In this document: positions 19,897 through 30,665 of the stretch, piece after piece | How the letters are laid out: the number at the start of each line of letters is the position of its first letter | Position numbering within the stretch: the stretch's first letter is position 1 | NCBI GenBank assembly: GCA_947177775.1 | Contig: CAMWVS010000007.1 | Span: 4,558 to 68,557 of the forward strand | Source: an uncultured Prevotella sp. | GTDB lineage: Bacteria > Bacteroidota > Bacteroidia > Bacteroidales > Bacteroidaceae | Length of the DNA: 64,000 bases | Direction: 5' to 3' | The notes under the pieces: model-generated | What the model was told of the DNA's origin: nothing | What the model saw: only the letters and a program-made list of their open reading frames with translations | Database searches by the model: none | Program-made: the position numbers and the translations under genes

Positions 19897-20850
19897 ATGT
19901 ATATGAACGACAAAACGTCCCGTCCTCTCCTGGCCCACCTGAGCATGTTCGCCGCTTGCGCCTTCTGGGGACTGATGGCCCCATTGGGCAAAGACGCCAT
20001 GACCCACGGCATCACCGGAATCGACATGGTCACATTCCGCGTCAGCGGAGCAGCCCTGCTCTTCTGGCTCACGTCCCTCTTCACACCCCGCGAGCACGTC
20101 ACACGCCGCGACCTCATGCTCTTTCCGCTGGCCGGACTCTTCGGTCTCGTCATGAACCAATGCTGCTACACCATCGGGCTGAGCATAACGTCACCCGTCA
20201 ACGCCAGCATCGTCACCACCTCCATGCCTATATTCGCCATGATTCTGGCCGCACTGATACTTAAAGAGCCTATCACCGGCCGCAAGGCCACGGGCGTGCT
20301 CATGGGATGCAGCGGCGCTCTCATACTAATCCTCACCTCGGCATCCGCCGCCAACGCCAAGGTCGGTGACATCCGCGGCGACCTTCTCTGTCTGCTCGCC
20401 CAGTTCTCCTTTGCCCTCTATCTCGCACTGTTCAACCCGCTCGTGCGCCGCTATTCCGTCTTTACCATCAACAAGTGGATGTTTCTTTGGGCAACAGTCT
20501 TCATCCTTCCCTTCTCATGGTCCCATGTGACGGCAATCCGGTGGTCCGACGTGCCCGTCAGGACATGGTGGGAGACGGCCTACGTCGTCTTCGTGGCCAC
20601 CTACCTGAGCTATATCCTCACCATGGTCGGCCAGCGCACACTGCGCCCCACCGTCGTCAGCACCTACAACTACGTACAGCCCCTCGTCTCCGTCATTGTC
20701 AGCGTAGCCGCCGGACTGGCCGCCTTCCGCCCATCCCACGCCATTGCCGTCATTCTCGTATTCTCCGGAGTGTGGCTCGTCACAAAGTCACGAAGCCGCA
20801 GGGACATGGAAAAAGAGGCGCAGGAAGGCAAATGTCGGGATGTGAATTAA
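19897..20850 (+). CDS. DMT/EamA family transporter
   Basis: About 10 TM in two EamA repeats; TAATTTTG at 19864-19871. Confidence 0.88.
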   Translation: MYMNDKTSRPLLAHLSMFAACAFWGLMAPLGKDAMTHGITGIDMVTFRVSGAALLFWLTSLFTPREHVTRRDLMLFPLAGLFGLVMNQCCYTIGLSITSPVNASIVTTSMPIFAMILAALILKEPITGRKATGVLMGCSGALILILTSASAANAKVGDIRGDLLCLLAQFSFALYLALFNPLVRRYSVFTINKWMFLWATVFILPFSWSHVTAIRWSDVPVRTWWETAYVVFVATYLSYILTMVGQRTLRPTVVSTYNYVQPLVSVIVSVAAGLAAFRPSHAIAVILVFSGVWLVTKSRSRRDMEKEAQEGKCRDVN

Positions 20851-20935
20851 CATCACCTAAAAAAAATGTTCAATCGTTTGGTAAGCGCGGGAATTTAAAT
20901 TAACTTTGCACTAAACTATCAAAAACCATCACCCC

Positions 20936-21826
20936 ATGACCAAGATAACCGATATTATCAGACAGAGGGCAAAGAAGCAGCAATACAAGGACTACTTCTT
21001 CATCACGCTCGGCATCCTGCTCTATTCGTTCGGATATACCGCCTTCATCCTGCCGGAGCAGGTAGTGATGGGCGGAGTGGCCGGTATGTCGGCCCTACTG
21101 TTCTATTGGCTCGGCTTTCCGGCCGGTATATCCATCTGGGTTCTCAACTTCTCGATGTTGCTCATCGCCTCCCGCGCCCTGAGCCGTCAGTTCACCATAC
21201 GCACGATTATCGGAGTGTCAATCATGTCCGTATTTGTCGGATTGCTTCAGCCTGTCTTCCAGCAGATGCCAATCATCACGGTCGGTGAAGACAAGTTCAT
21301 GCACGTTCTGATTGGCGGAGCAATGGGCGGAGCAGGTCTCGGACTGGTTTTCTCCCACAACGGTTCTACGGGAGGAACGGACATCATCATAGCTCTGCTT
21401 AACAAGTATTTCCGGATGAGCTTCGGACGGGCCATGCAGTTCATCGATACCGTCATCATCTGCTCGTCATATTTCCTTTTCCAAAGTACGGAGACAATCG
21501 TCTACGGTATCGCCTTCACGCTGATTGCGAGCTACGTCTGCGACTATGTCATCAACGGTTCACGCCAGACGGTGCAGTTCATCATCATATCAAAAGAATA
21601 TGAGAAAATTGCCGATACAATCAACAAGAAAGTCAACCGCGGCGTTACGCTTCTGAACGGCAAAGGCTGGTATTCGAAACACGACGTTGAAATCCTTCTC
21701 GTGCTCGCCAGAAAGTACGAATCACAAGAGGTGTTCTTCACAATAAAGAACATCGACCCAAACGCCCTCGTTTCACAATCGTTCTGCAACGGCGTCTTCG
21801 GAGAAGGGTTCGACAAGATTAAATAG
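20936..21826 (+). CDS. YitT family membrane protein
   Basis: GGVAG, GSTGGTDII, RGVT...GKGWYS, IDPNA..V.GEGF. Confidence 0.9.
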   Translation: MTKITDIIRQRAKKQQYKDYFFITLGILLYSFGYTAFILPEQVVMGGVAGMSALLFYWLGFPAGISIWVLNFSMLLIASRALSRQFTIRTIIGVSIMSVFVGLLQPVFQQMPIITVGEDKFMHVLIGGAMGGAGLGLVFSHNGSTGGTDIIIALLNKYFRMSFGRAMQFIDTVIICSSYFLFQSTETIVYGIAFTLIASYVCDYVINGSRQTVQFIIISKEYEKIADTINKKVNRGVTLLNGKGWYSKHDVEILLVLARKYESQEVFFTIKNIDPNALVSQSFCNGVFGEGFDKIK

Positions 21827-21928
21827 GGACCCTTCCGCTTTACTGCCAAAATGTCAGCCGTCAAGGCTGGGCATAATATTTGTCTCTTTCTCAACGAAAA
21901 ACAGTTAATCAAAAGAAAGGAGACAAAT

Positions 21929-24520
21929 ATGACATTAGACAAATTTACTATCAAGGCTCAGGAAGCCGTGCAGGAGGCTGTCAACGCGGCACAGGCCGGC
22001 GGACAGCAGAGCATCGAGCCGGTGCACCTGCTCCACGGCGTGCTGACGAAAGGACGCGACGTGGCTGGATTCATTTTCAGAAAGGCGGGCATCAACGCGG
22101 CACAGATTGAAAATCTCGTCAGCCGCGAAATGCAGCATCTGCCGCGTGTGCAGGGCGGCGGACAGCCATATCTGAGCAACGAAGCCAATAGCGTCCTGCA
22201 ACGGGCACAGGACATCGCGGCCAGGAACGGAGACGAGTTTGTTTCCGTCGAACCGCTGATGATGGCCCTGCTCGCGGTCAGCTCCACGGCATCACGCATA
22301 ATGAAGGACGCCGGACTGACGGAAAAGGACATGCAGGCCGCCATCAACGAACTGCGGCAGGGACGCAAGGTTGAGTCGCAGAGCGCCGACAACAACTACC
22401 AGTCGCTGGAAAAATATGCCAAGAACATGGTTGAACTGGCACGCGCAGGAAAACTCGACCCCGTCATCGGACGCGACGACGAGATACGCCGTGTGCTGCA
22501 GATTCTTTCGAGACGAACGAAGAACAATCCAATACTGATAGGTGAACCGGGAACGGGAAAGACGGCCATCGTCGAAGGACTGGCCGAGCGTATCGTGCGC
22601 GGCGACGTGCCGGAGAACCTGAAAGACAAGCAGCTCTATTCGCTGGACATGGGCGCGCTGGTGGCCGGAGCTAAATATAAAGGTGAATTTGAGGAACGTC
22701 TGAAGAGCGTAATCAGCGAGGTTACGGGGGCCGACGGCCGCATCATACTCTTCATCGACGAGATTCACACGCTCGTCGGAGCCGGCGGCGGTGAGGGCGC
22801 GATGGACGCAGCCAACATCCTCAAACCGGCTTTGGCCCGCGGCGAACTGCGCTCAATCGGCGCGACGACGCTCAACGAATATCAGAAATATTTCGAAAAA
22901 GACAAGGCTCTGGAGCGCCGGTTCCAGACCGTCATGGTAGATGAACCGGACGAGCTGAGCGCCATCAGCATACTCCGCGGACTGAAAGAGCGCTACGAGA
23001 ACCACCACAAGGTGCGCATACAGGACGACGCCTGCATCGCCGCCGTACAACTCTCGGAACGATATATCAGCGACCGCTTTCTGCCGGACAAGGCCATCGA
23101 CCTTATGGACGAGGCAGCGGCAAAGCTGAGGATGGAACGCGACTCCGTCCCGGAGGAGCTCGACGAGACGAGCCGCCGGCTGAAACAGCTGGAGATTGAG
23201 CGCGAAGCCATCAAGCGTGAGAACGATACGGCCAAACTGGCGCAGCTGGACAAGGACATAGCCGACCTGCGCGACCAAGAGAAGCAGTGGCGGGCGAAAT
23301 GGGAAGGCGAACGGACGCTGGTCAACAGGATTCAGCAGGACAAGCTCCAGATGGAGCAGCTACGCTTCGAGGCCGAGCGCGCCGAGCGCGAAGGCAACTA
23401 TGAGCGCGTGGCAGAGATACGCTACGGCAAGCTGAAAGAACTGGAAGACGACATCCGAAACATCCAAAGTCAGCTCCACGACGCCCAAGGCGCCGAGGCC
23501 ATGGTGCGCGAAGAGGTGACGGCCGACGACATTGCCGAAGTCGTGAGCCGCTGGACGGGAATCCCCGTGACGCGCATGATGCAGAGCGAGCGTGAGAAAC
23601 TGCTCCACCTTGAAGAGGAACTCCACCGCCGCGTCATAGGCCAGGACGAGGCCATCAGGGCCGTGAGCGACGCCGTGCGCCGAAGCCGTGCGGGCCTACA
23701 GGACCCGAAACGTCCAATCGCCTCGTTCATCTTCCTCGGCACGACGGGTGTCGGTAAAACCGAGTTGGCCAAGGCGCTGGCCGAATATCTGTTCAACGAC
23801 GAGACTATGATGACGCGAATTGACATGAGCGAATATCAGGAGAAGTTCAGCGTCAGCCGGCTTATCGGTGCGCCTCCGGGATATGTCGGCTATGACGAGG
23901 GCGGACAGCTGACCGAAGCCGTGAGACGAAAGCCCTACTCGGTAGTGCTCTTCGACGAAATCGAGAAGGCCCATCCCGACGTGTTCAACATCCTCTTGCA
24001 GGTGCTCGACGACGGACGGCTGACGGACAACAAGGGACGCACGGTAAACTTCAAAAACACCATCATAATAATGACATCGAACCTCGGCAGCCAGCTCATA
24101 CGCGAGGAGACCGAACGTAGCGGCGGCACACTGTCGGACGAACGGCTCGACAATCTCCGCACATCGCTCTTCGGCATGCTCAAGCAGACCATACGGCCGG
24201 AATTCCTCAACCGCATTGACGAGACGATAATGTTCCTGCCGCTGACGAAGAACGAGATTGCCGACGTCGTAAGGCTTCAGATGGAGGCCGTCAGGAAGAT
24301 GCTCGTGCCGCAGGGATTCACGCTAACAGTCACGGATCGGGCCATCGACGCACTGGCCGAAGCGGGCTACGACCCGGAGTTCGGCGCCCGTCCGGTGAAA
24401 CGGGCCATCCAGCGCGACGTGCTCAACGACCTGTCGAAACGTCTGCTGGCAGGCGACGTGGAACGCGACCGCCCCATCACGGTAGACGCGGAAGACGGAC
24501 GGCTGGTGTTCCGCAACTGA
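21929..24520 (+). CDS. clpB: ATP-dependent chaperone ClpB
   Basis: Two AAA modules ([16 protein letters not shown]), coiled-coil middle domain, [13 protein letters not shown]; start at MTLDKFT. Confidence 0.96.
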   Translation: MTLDKFTIKAQEAVQEAVNAAQAGGQQSIEPVHLLHGVLTKGRDVAGFIFRKAGINAAQIENLVSREMQHLPRVQGGGQPYLSNEANSVLQRAQDIAARNGDEFVSVEPLMMALLAVSSTASRIMKDAGLTEKDMQAAINELRQGRKVESQSADNNYQSLEKYAKNMVELARAGKLDPVIGRDDEIRRVLQILSRRTKNNPILIGEPGTGKTAIVEGLAERIVRGDVPENLKDKQLYSLDMGALVAGAKYKGEFEERLKSVISEVTGADGRIILFIDEIHTLVGAGGGEGAMDAANILKPALARGELRSIGATTLNEYQKYFEKDKALERRFQTVMVDEPDELSAISILRGLKERYENHHKVRIQDDACIAAVQLSERYISDRFLPDKAIDLMDEAAAKLRMERDSVPEELDETSRRLKQLEIEREAIKRENDTAKLAQLDKDIADLRDQEKQWRAKWEGERTLVNRIQQDKLQMEQLRFEAERAEREGNYERVAEIRYGKLKELEDDIRNIQSQLHDAQGAEAMVREEVTADDIAEVVSRWTGIPVTRMMQSEREKLLHLEEELHRRVIGQDEAIRAVSDAVRRSRAGLQDPKRPIASFIFLGTTGVGKTELAKALAEYLFNDETMMTRIDMSEYQEKFSVSRLIGAPPGYVGYDEGGQLTEAVRRKPYSVVLFDEIEKAHPDVFNILLQVLDDGRLTDNKGRTVNFKNTIIIMTSNLGSQLIREETERSGGTLSDERLDNLRTSLFGMLKQTIRPEFLNRIDETIMFLPLTKNEIADVVRLQMEAVRKMLVPQGFTLTVTDRAIDALAEAGYDPEFGARPVKRAIQRDVLNDLSKRLLAGDVERDRPITVDAEDGRLVFRN

Positions 24521-24679
24521 CATGGAGGGCTGTTAACGGCTATAAAGCGGCATCATCCCACGTTAAACTTTGTTAGATAAACTCCGCCGGCTTGCCGGTT
24601 ACAGAAAAATGACATTACCTTTGTGGTCAGTCAGATATAAAGACAGAAAAATATTCGTTTATAATAAAACTTTAGCATT

Positions 24680-25162
24680 ATGATTACACAGAAATTACAA
24701 GACGCTATCAACGCGCAAATCGCAAGAGAAATCTGGTCGGCCAATCTCTATCTCTCTATGGCCTTCTATTTCGATAAGGAGGGCTTCAACGGCTTCTCGA
24801 CATGGATGAAGAAACAGTCTCAGGAGGAAATGGATCATGCTTATCAGATGGCAGACTATGTCATCAAGCGTGGCGGAACAGCCGTTGTGGGCCAGATTGA
24901 CGCCGTGCCCACACAGTGGGGAACTCCGTTGGAGGTTTTCGAGGCTGTCTATGAGCACGAGTGCAAGGTGTCCCGCTGGATTGACGAGCTGGTGGACATC
25001 GCTTCAGACGAAAAGGACAAGGCCACTCAGGACTTCCTCTGGGGCTTCGTTCGCGAACAGGTGGAGGAAGAAGCCACCGCTTCCGGCATCGTAGACCGCA
25101 TCAAGAAGATGGGCGACTCGGCCATCTTCAACCTCGACCAGCAGTACGGCAGCCGCAAGTAA
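24680..25162 (+). CDS. ftnA: Non-heme ferritin
   Basis: LYLSMA, QSQEEMDHA, EHE, EQVEEE ferroxidase residues; TACCTTTG at 24616-24623. Confidence 0.92.
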   Translation: MITQKLQDAINAQIAREIWSANLYLSMAFYFDKEGFNGFSTWMKKQSQEEMDHAYQMADYVIKRGGTAVVGQIDAVPTQWGTPLEVFEAVYEHECKVSRWIDELVDIASDEKDKATQDFLWGFVREQVEEEATASGIVDRIKKMGDSAIFNLDQQYGSRK

Positions 25163-25205
25163 AACTGAAGTGACGCCTTCATTTCTTTCCGGCGTCACAC
25201 GCTGA

Positions 25206-25327
25206 AAACGCGGATTACACAGTGTTTATTGTCAACAGACAGCGCAAACAGGAATCATGAGTTCATGTCTCGTGATTGGAAGGCGCTGACAGACATTGAC
25301 AAAAACAGTCCTGTGTAATCCGCGTTT
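25206..25327. repeat. 122-nt extended imperfect hairpin
   Basis: 17-bp perfect outer arms AAACGCGGATTACACAG/CTGTGTAATCCGCGTTT plus three inner stems. Confidence 0.8.
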
Positions 25328-25354
25328 ATCGTTTAAATTGAGTACCTTTGCACC

Positions 25355-26614
25355 ATGAGAATAGCCATCGTTGGCGCCGGAGCTGCCGGATGCTTCGCTG
25401 CCGTAAATCTGAAAAGGATGTGTCCGCAGGCCGATATAACCATATATGAGGGCGGACGGAAACCGCTGGCCAAGGTGGCGGTGACGGGCGGCGGACGCTG
25501 TAACCTGACCAACTCGTTCGCCCGGGTGAGAAGTCTCGCCGCCGTCTATCCCCGCGGCGAGCGGCTGATGAAGCGTTTGCTGCGCGAGTTCAGCCACGAG
25601 GATGCATACAGATGGTTCGAGAGCGAGGGAGTGAGGCTCGTCACGCAGGATGACTGCTGTGTCTTTCCGCAGTCGCAGGACGCCATGGAGATTGTATCCA
25701 CGCTCACACGGCTGATCCGCAGGAACGGGATAGAGCTGAGAACGGGCCACCGCGTGACGCTGATTGAACGCACGGAGAACGGGAACGGAACGTCGGAATT
25801 TCGCGTCGGCTTTGCCGGAGAAGCTGTTCCCGAGGCCATGGCCGACATTGTTATCGTCACGGCGGGAGGCTGTCCGAAAGCCTCGGGGCTCGATATGTTG
25901 CGTCCGCTGGACGTCAGGACGGTCTCTCCGGTCCCGTCGCTGTTCAGCGTCTGTCTGCCGGGCGACCCGATAAGGGAACTGACGGGAACGGTCGTTGAAG
26001 ACGTCTCGGTATCTCTGACTGGCTCGAAGATGCATGCCGACGGTCCGCTGCTAATCACCCATTGGGGCATGAGCGGCCCGGCCATACTGAAACTGTCGTC
26101 ATACGCGGCACGGACAATGGCCGGAAACGGATATAAGGCCACGCTCTCGGTCAATTGGACAGGCGGCGGAAACGAAGCCGACGCGCTGGAGACAGTCACC
26201 GGACTTGCCGTCAGAAATCCGCAGAAGCAGCTCGCTTCGGTCTATCCGCCATATCTGAACGCCCGCCTTTGGACGCATCTGCTGTCACGCAGCGGTCTGA
26301 ACGTCTCCATGCGGTGGGCCGAACTGGGCCGCAAAGGCATGAACCGGCTCGTCAACACGCTGACCAACAGCCAATACCGGATTGACGGAAAGAACCGTTT
26401 CAAGGATGAATTTGTCACCTGCGGAGGTGTGGCGCTGGAGGAAATAAACCCTCAGACGCTCGAAAGCAAAACCTGTCCGGGGCTCTATTTTGCCGGCGAA
26501 GTGCTTGACGTTGACGCCATCACAGGAGGTTTCAACCTGCAGGCGGCGTGGACAATGGGCTATGTCGTGGCGAAAGCCATTAGTAAAATCCACCTTCCAT
26601 CCTCCACTAATTAA
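25355..26614 (+). CDS. HI0933/YhiN-family NAD(P)/FAD flavoprotein
   Basis: GAGAAG, KVAVTGGGRCNLTN, THWGMSGP, GEVLDVDAITGGFNLQAAW. Confidence 0.92.
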   Translation: MRIAIVGAGAAGCFAAVNLKRMCPQADITIYEGGRKPLAKVAVTGGGRCNLTNSFARVRSLAAVYPRGERLMKRLLREFSHEDAYRWFESEGVRLVTQDDCCVFPQSQDAMEIVSTLTRLIRRNGIELRTGHRVTLIERTENGNGTSEFRVGFAGEAVPEAMADIVIVTAGGCPKASGLDMLRPLDVRTVSPVPSLFSVCLPGDPIRELTGTVVEDVSVSLTGSKMHADGPLLITHWGMSGPAILKLSSYAARTMAGNGYKATLSVNWTGGGNEADALETVTGLAVRNPQKQLASVYPPYLNARLWTHLLSRSGLNVSMRWAELGRKGMNRLVNTLTNSQYRIDGKNRFKDEFVTCGGVALEEINPQTLESKTCPGLYFAGEVLDVDAITGGFNLQAAWTMGYVVAKAISKIHLPSSTN

Positions 26615-26758
26615 AGCCAAGGCTGCTGAACAAAGAGATAAACAAGGAAAGAATAAAAACAGATAGTATTAACAATTTAACTTGACCCTATGCCAGCCAA
26701 CCAATTCCCTACCACTTGTCGGGAAAGGGCTGGATGAAACAGTAGGGCTTCTTATATT

Positions 26759-27301
26759 ATGATAAACGAGATACTTGAATTTAATCGTAAATTCGTGGCC
26801 GAACGTGGCTACGAGAAGTATGTGACGAGTAAGTACCCGGACAAGAAACTGGCCATACTTTCATGTATGGACACACGTCTGACGGAACTGTTGCCGGCAG
26901 CGTTGGGTATAAGGAATGGTGACGCAAAGCTGATCAAGAATGCCGGAGGAACCATACTGAATCCCTTCGACAGCAATATCCGCAGTCTGCTCGTGGCCAT
27001 CTATGAACTGGGCGTAAACGAAATCATGGTTATTGCCCACACCACCTGCGGCGCATGTCACATGGACGGTGGCGAGATGATAGGACTCATGAAGCAACGG
27101 GGCATAACCGAAGCTACGCTCGAGACAATCCGCCACTGTGGAATCCATCTTGACGAATGGCTCGAAGGTTTTCACGATACGGAGGAGTCGGTACGCAAGA
27201 CAGTTGAATGCATACGCAACCATCCTCTTGTACCAAAGGACGTCAATGTGCGCGGATTCATAATCGACTCGGTGACGGGAGAATTGCGTGCTATATGCTG
27301 A
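26759..27301 (+). CDS. Beta-class carbonic anhydrase
   Basis: CMDTR, KNAGG and H..CG zinc-binding motifs. Confidence 0.92.
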   Translation: MINEILEFNRKFVAERGYEKYVTSKYPDKKLAILSCMDTRLTELLPAALGIRNGDAKLIKNAGGTILNPFDSNIRSLLVAIYELGVNEIMVIAHTTCGACHMDGGEMIGLMKQRGITEATLETIRHCGIHLDEWLEGFHDTEESVRKTVECIRNHPLVPKDVNVRGFIIDSVTGELRAIC

Positions 27302-27358
27302 TTCTCAACTGACAGCAAGTATAATCAATCCTGTCAGATAGACTACAGGTATAAACGA

Positions 27359-27470
27359 AGAGGTATGATTCAAGTTGTAAACAGACAATTTGAATCATAC
27401 CTCTTTATTTTTCAGGAATCATACCTCTTTATTTTTCAGGAATCATACCTCTTTATTTTTCAGGAATCAT
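27359..27470. repeat. Hairpin plus 3 x 24-bp tandem repeat between convergent genes
   Basis: AGAGGTATGATTCAA...TTGAATCATACCTCT stem; GAATCATACCTCTTTATTTTTCAG at 27392, 27416, 27440. Confidence 0.85.
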
Positions 27471-27483
27471 ATTTCCTCACTTT

Positions 27484-28089
27484 TCATGATGGACTCTGCT
27501 CCATCATGCGCCGCCATTTCCTATATCCCATTATCGCTATCACGGCATAAAGGCCGTAGAGCGCACCCTTGAACGGTATGCCCTTATAGGCGTAGAGGAA
27601 GCAGCTGATGACGTCGATGACAATCCATATCAGCCATTGCTCCACGTATTTGCGGGCCAATGCCCACAGAGCGACGAAGCTCAGAGCGTTGATGAAACTG
27701 TCGGTCACAGGCACGTCGCTGTTGGTGAAGCTCACCAGTATCCAGTAGATGGCGGCCCAGGCGGCGAGAAAAGCTAAGACAGACGGCAGGATATGTGACT
27801 TACGCATGTGGGTTATGGGCAGTTCGACGGCAGCACTACCGTCTTTTCCTCCTCCGAATTTCCATGAGGCATATCCGTAGACGGCAGCAAGCGTATAGTA
27901 AATGGCCATGCCGAAGTCGGCGTAAAGTCCGACCGACCAATACAGATAGATGTCTATGGCCGGCATGACTATGGCCACAAACCACAAAGCGATGCTTGCC
28001 CTATACTCCAAAGCTATATATACAAGTCCTATTGTCGTACTTAATATGTCGAGCCAATGGGCGCCGAGAAATGTCATTACGTCGTTCAT
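27484..28089 (-). CDS. pnuC: PnuC-family transporter, probably thiamine (PnuT-like)
   Basis: YGYASW, DSF..ALS......ARKYVEQW.IWIVID; downstream of TPP-regulated receptor. Confidence 0.85.
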   Translation of the reverse strand: MNDVMTFLGAHWLDILSTTIGLVYIALEYRASIALWFVAIVMPAIDIYLYWSVGLYADFGMAIYYTLAAVYGYASWKFGGGKDGSAAVELPITHMRKSHILPSVLAFLAAWAAIYWILVSFTNSDVPVTDSFINALSFVALWALARKYVEQWLIWIVIDVISCFLYAYKGIPFKGALYGLYAVIAIMGYRKWRRMMEQSPS

Positions 28090-28185
28090 ACTGTTTTTCT
28101 ATATAAGTAAGAGATTGTGTCATGAAACAGGCTTGATAATGGTTCCTGCCTGCCGGCACAATCTCTTATTCACTGTTTATGGCAA

Positions 28186-30504
28186 TCAGAAATTGAGTGA
28201 CAGGTTCACCATGAAGTTGAACGGAGCCGATGGCGCAAAGCCGGCTTCATACAGATCGTCCATGCAGTAAGCCTCAACACCTCCGTCGGCAGTCCTCCTG
28301 TATTCAGGTGCAGCCCATCCGTTGTTGTCGTGCTTTGAACTGAAAATGTTGTAAAACGTAACACCGATGGTAGCATCTTTCAGACCGACTGTCTTCATTT
28401 TAAATCTGTATGCCACGTTTATGTTGGTTGTAAAGTAGTCTTCGAGTGTCGTTCCTACCTGCTGTACGGTCCCGTCAGCAGCATAATTGGTGTAGCTCTT
28501 CATACCGGTGTTGGTGAGATACTGCTCTCCTACATACTGACTCTGTATGTTTGCGCTCAGACCTTTATAGCTGAATGAGAAAATGTTGTTGAACAGGAAG
28601 TCCGGCGAGAAACTCAGCGGTGTGTCTCCGAGTGTGGCCACGCTGCCGTCATCAAGCGTAACGGTCCAGTCCTTGGCGCGGTTGCGGCTCAGTGTCGCGT
28701 TTGCATCCCAGCGGAACCATTCGGCCGGTTGCCATGCGGCTTCCAGTTCCATGCCCATACGGTAGCTCTTGCCCACGTTGCGTGCCATCATCTCACCTAT
28801 GTGATTGAGTTCGCCTGTCAGCACAAACTGGTCGCTATAGTGCATGTAGTAAAGATTGGCTCCTGCGCTGAACCGTCCGCTTTGGAATCTGTATCCAGCC
28901 TCCCAGTCGGTCAGCGTCTCCGATTTAAGCCTGTTGCCGATGTTGTCCTCATAGTCATTGCGTGTGGGCTCTTTGTGTGCCACAGCAACCGAAACATAGG
29001 CAGTGTGTCCTTTGCCAGGACTCCATGTCAGACCGAATTTTGGATTGAAGAAATCGAAATCGTCGTCTACGTTGAAGCAGATCTGCTCCATGACGTCCCA
29101 ATCCCAGTCGTCGCCCGGTCCGCTCATGGCATAGCCGACATGGCGATACTGCATGTCGGCAAAGGCGCTCAGTCCCTTCAGGAATGTCCAGTTGAGTTTG
29201 CCGTATATGTTGAAGTCGGTTTTTACGGCATTGTTACGGTAATATTCCATGCCGGGTGTAAGATTGCCGGGACCTTGCACATACTGCTTATATTTGTTGC
29301 CATCGGCATCTTTCATTGTATAATATGGTGTTCCGGTCCATTTCACGTTGCCGTAGTGATCGCCGTCATACCGGTTCCATCCTCCGCCAAGAGTCGCCGT
29401 TATGCTGTTTTTGGCATAGTTTGCCGATGCTATTGCGCCGTAGAAGTCGCTCTCCACTTTCTTCTGACGCACCAGATCGCCCTGCATGTTCCAATCATTT
29501 GTCAGGTTATACTCAGCCCATGTTCGGCCGGACTTGTACTCTTCGTAATATCCGAACCCATTGGTGTAGTGTAACGCGGCGTTGATTTTCCACTCGTTGC
29601 CCAGCATCATGCTCCACAGCAACTGATAGTTCTGCTGATGGAAGTTGTCCGTCTGGTCGTCGTAGAAACACATACGTCCATCCTTGTCGTAGTAAACACC
29701 GCACGAGTTGTACGTACGGCCATATAGACGTTGCTCTTCTTTCGATGTGTAGTTCCATGCGTGGTATGTCTCTTCCACCGAGTTCCATGCTATGAGCTTC
29801 AGCATGGTGTTGTCTCCGAAATATCCTGCTTGCAGGAAATAGGAGTTGAGCTTGCTTGACGCACGGTCCAGATAGCCTTTTGAACCGATGTCCGACAGAC
29901 GGCCCTGTATGCCGAAATGTCCGTTGATGAGACCTGTTCCGAAGCGCAATGTCTCCTTGTGCGAGTTGTAGCTGCCTCCGGCCATGTCGAGACTGACGAA
30001 CGGAGTGGTGCCGATGTTTTCCGTCTGCATGTTCACCGTGGCGCCGAAAGCTCCCGAGCCGTTTGTCGACGTTCCAACGCCGCGCTGTATCTGCACGCTT
30101 TGCATGCTTGAAATTAGGTCGTTGTTGCTCACCCAATACATCGTAGAGCTCTCAACGTCGTTCAACGGTATGCCGTTTGCCGTGACATTAATGCGTGTGG
30201 GGTCGGTGCCGCGCACACGCAACGAGGTATATCCGATACCGTTTCCGGCGTCGGATGTTATTGTCACCGACGGCGTGAGCGCCATCAGATACGGCACATC
30301 CCGGCCTGTGTTCATGCTCTTGATTTCGTCCTTTCCGATGTTCTTGAAAGCCATCGGTGTGTTCTTCGATGCGCGCGTTGACACCACCTGCACATCCTGA
30401 AGCGCATAGGAAGTGAGCGTGTCGACGGTCACTTCTTCAGGCAGTGCGGCCCCGGCGGCGGCAGCATATGTCCATGCAGCCATCGCCAAAATGTTTTTTC
30501 TCAT
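28186..30504 (-). CDS. TonB-dependent receptor, probably thiamine uptake
   Basis: Plug SDAGNGIGYTSLRVRG..RINVTANGIPLND, C-terminal Phe; TPP riboswitch upstream. Confidence 0.88.
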   Translation of the reverse strand: MRKNILAMAAWTYAAAAGAALPEEVTVDTLTSYALQDVQVVSTRASKNTPMAFKNIGKDEIKSMNTGRDVPYLMALTPSVTITSDAGNGIGYTSLRVRGTDPTRINVTANGIPLNDVESSTMYWVSNNDLISSMQSVQIQRGVGTSTNGSGAFGATVNMQTENIGTTPFVSLDMAGGSYNSHKETLRFGTGLINGHFGIQGRLSDIGSKGYLDRASSKLNSYFLQAGYFGDNTMLKLIAWNSVEETYHAWNYTSKEEQRLYGRTYNSCGVYYDKDGRMCFYDDQTDNFHQQNYQLLWSMMLGNEWKINAALHYTNGFGYYEEYKSGRTWAEYNLTNDWNMQGDLVRQKKVESDFYGAIASANYAKNSITATLGGGWNRYDGDHYGNVKWTGTPYYTMKDADGNKYKQYVQGPGNLTPGMEYYRNNAVKTDFNIYGKLNWTFLKGLSAFADMQYRHVGYAMSGPGDDWDWDVMEQICFNVDDDFDFFNPKFGLTWSPGKGHTAYVSVAVAHKEPTRNDYEDNIGNRLKSETLTDWEAGYRFQSGRFSAGANLYYMHYSDQFVLTGELNHIGEMMARNVGKSYRMGMELEAAWQPAEWFRWDANATLSRNRAKDWTVTLDDGSVATLGDTPLSFSPDFLFNNIFSFSYKGLSANIQSQYVGEQYLTNTGMKSYTNYAADGTVQQVGTTLEDYFTTNINVAYRFKMKTVGLKDATIGVTFYNIFSSKHDNNGWAAPEYRRTADGGVEAYCMDDLYEAGFAPSAPFNFMVNLSLNF

Positions 30505-30589
30505 AGAAGTTTTAAAAAATAAAATACATAAAAAGGGGTTCTTTTCATGTTTGAACACGCAAAACTTTCATACCAAGTATTCCGGTTCT

Positions 30590-30665
30590 TCATCCCGCCG
30601 CAGGCATTATCCTGTTCCGGTCAGAGGGTATGTTCTCAGGCTTCAATATTCAGCCACCCCTTAAT
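30590..30665 (-). ncRNA. TPP riboswitch
   Basis: Minus strand AGGGGTG..CTGAGAACATACCC..TGACCGGAACAGGATAATGCCTGCGGCGGGA fits the THI-box consensus with a compensatory CCG/CGG P4; -7 box at about 30687-30694. Confidence 0.9.

Noticed and set aside
27392-27470. Possible CRISPR array or small repeat proteins (27365-27550, 27390-27572)
   Set aside because: Contiguous 24-bp tandem units with no spacers; the ORFs simply translate the repeat
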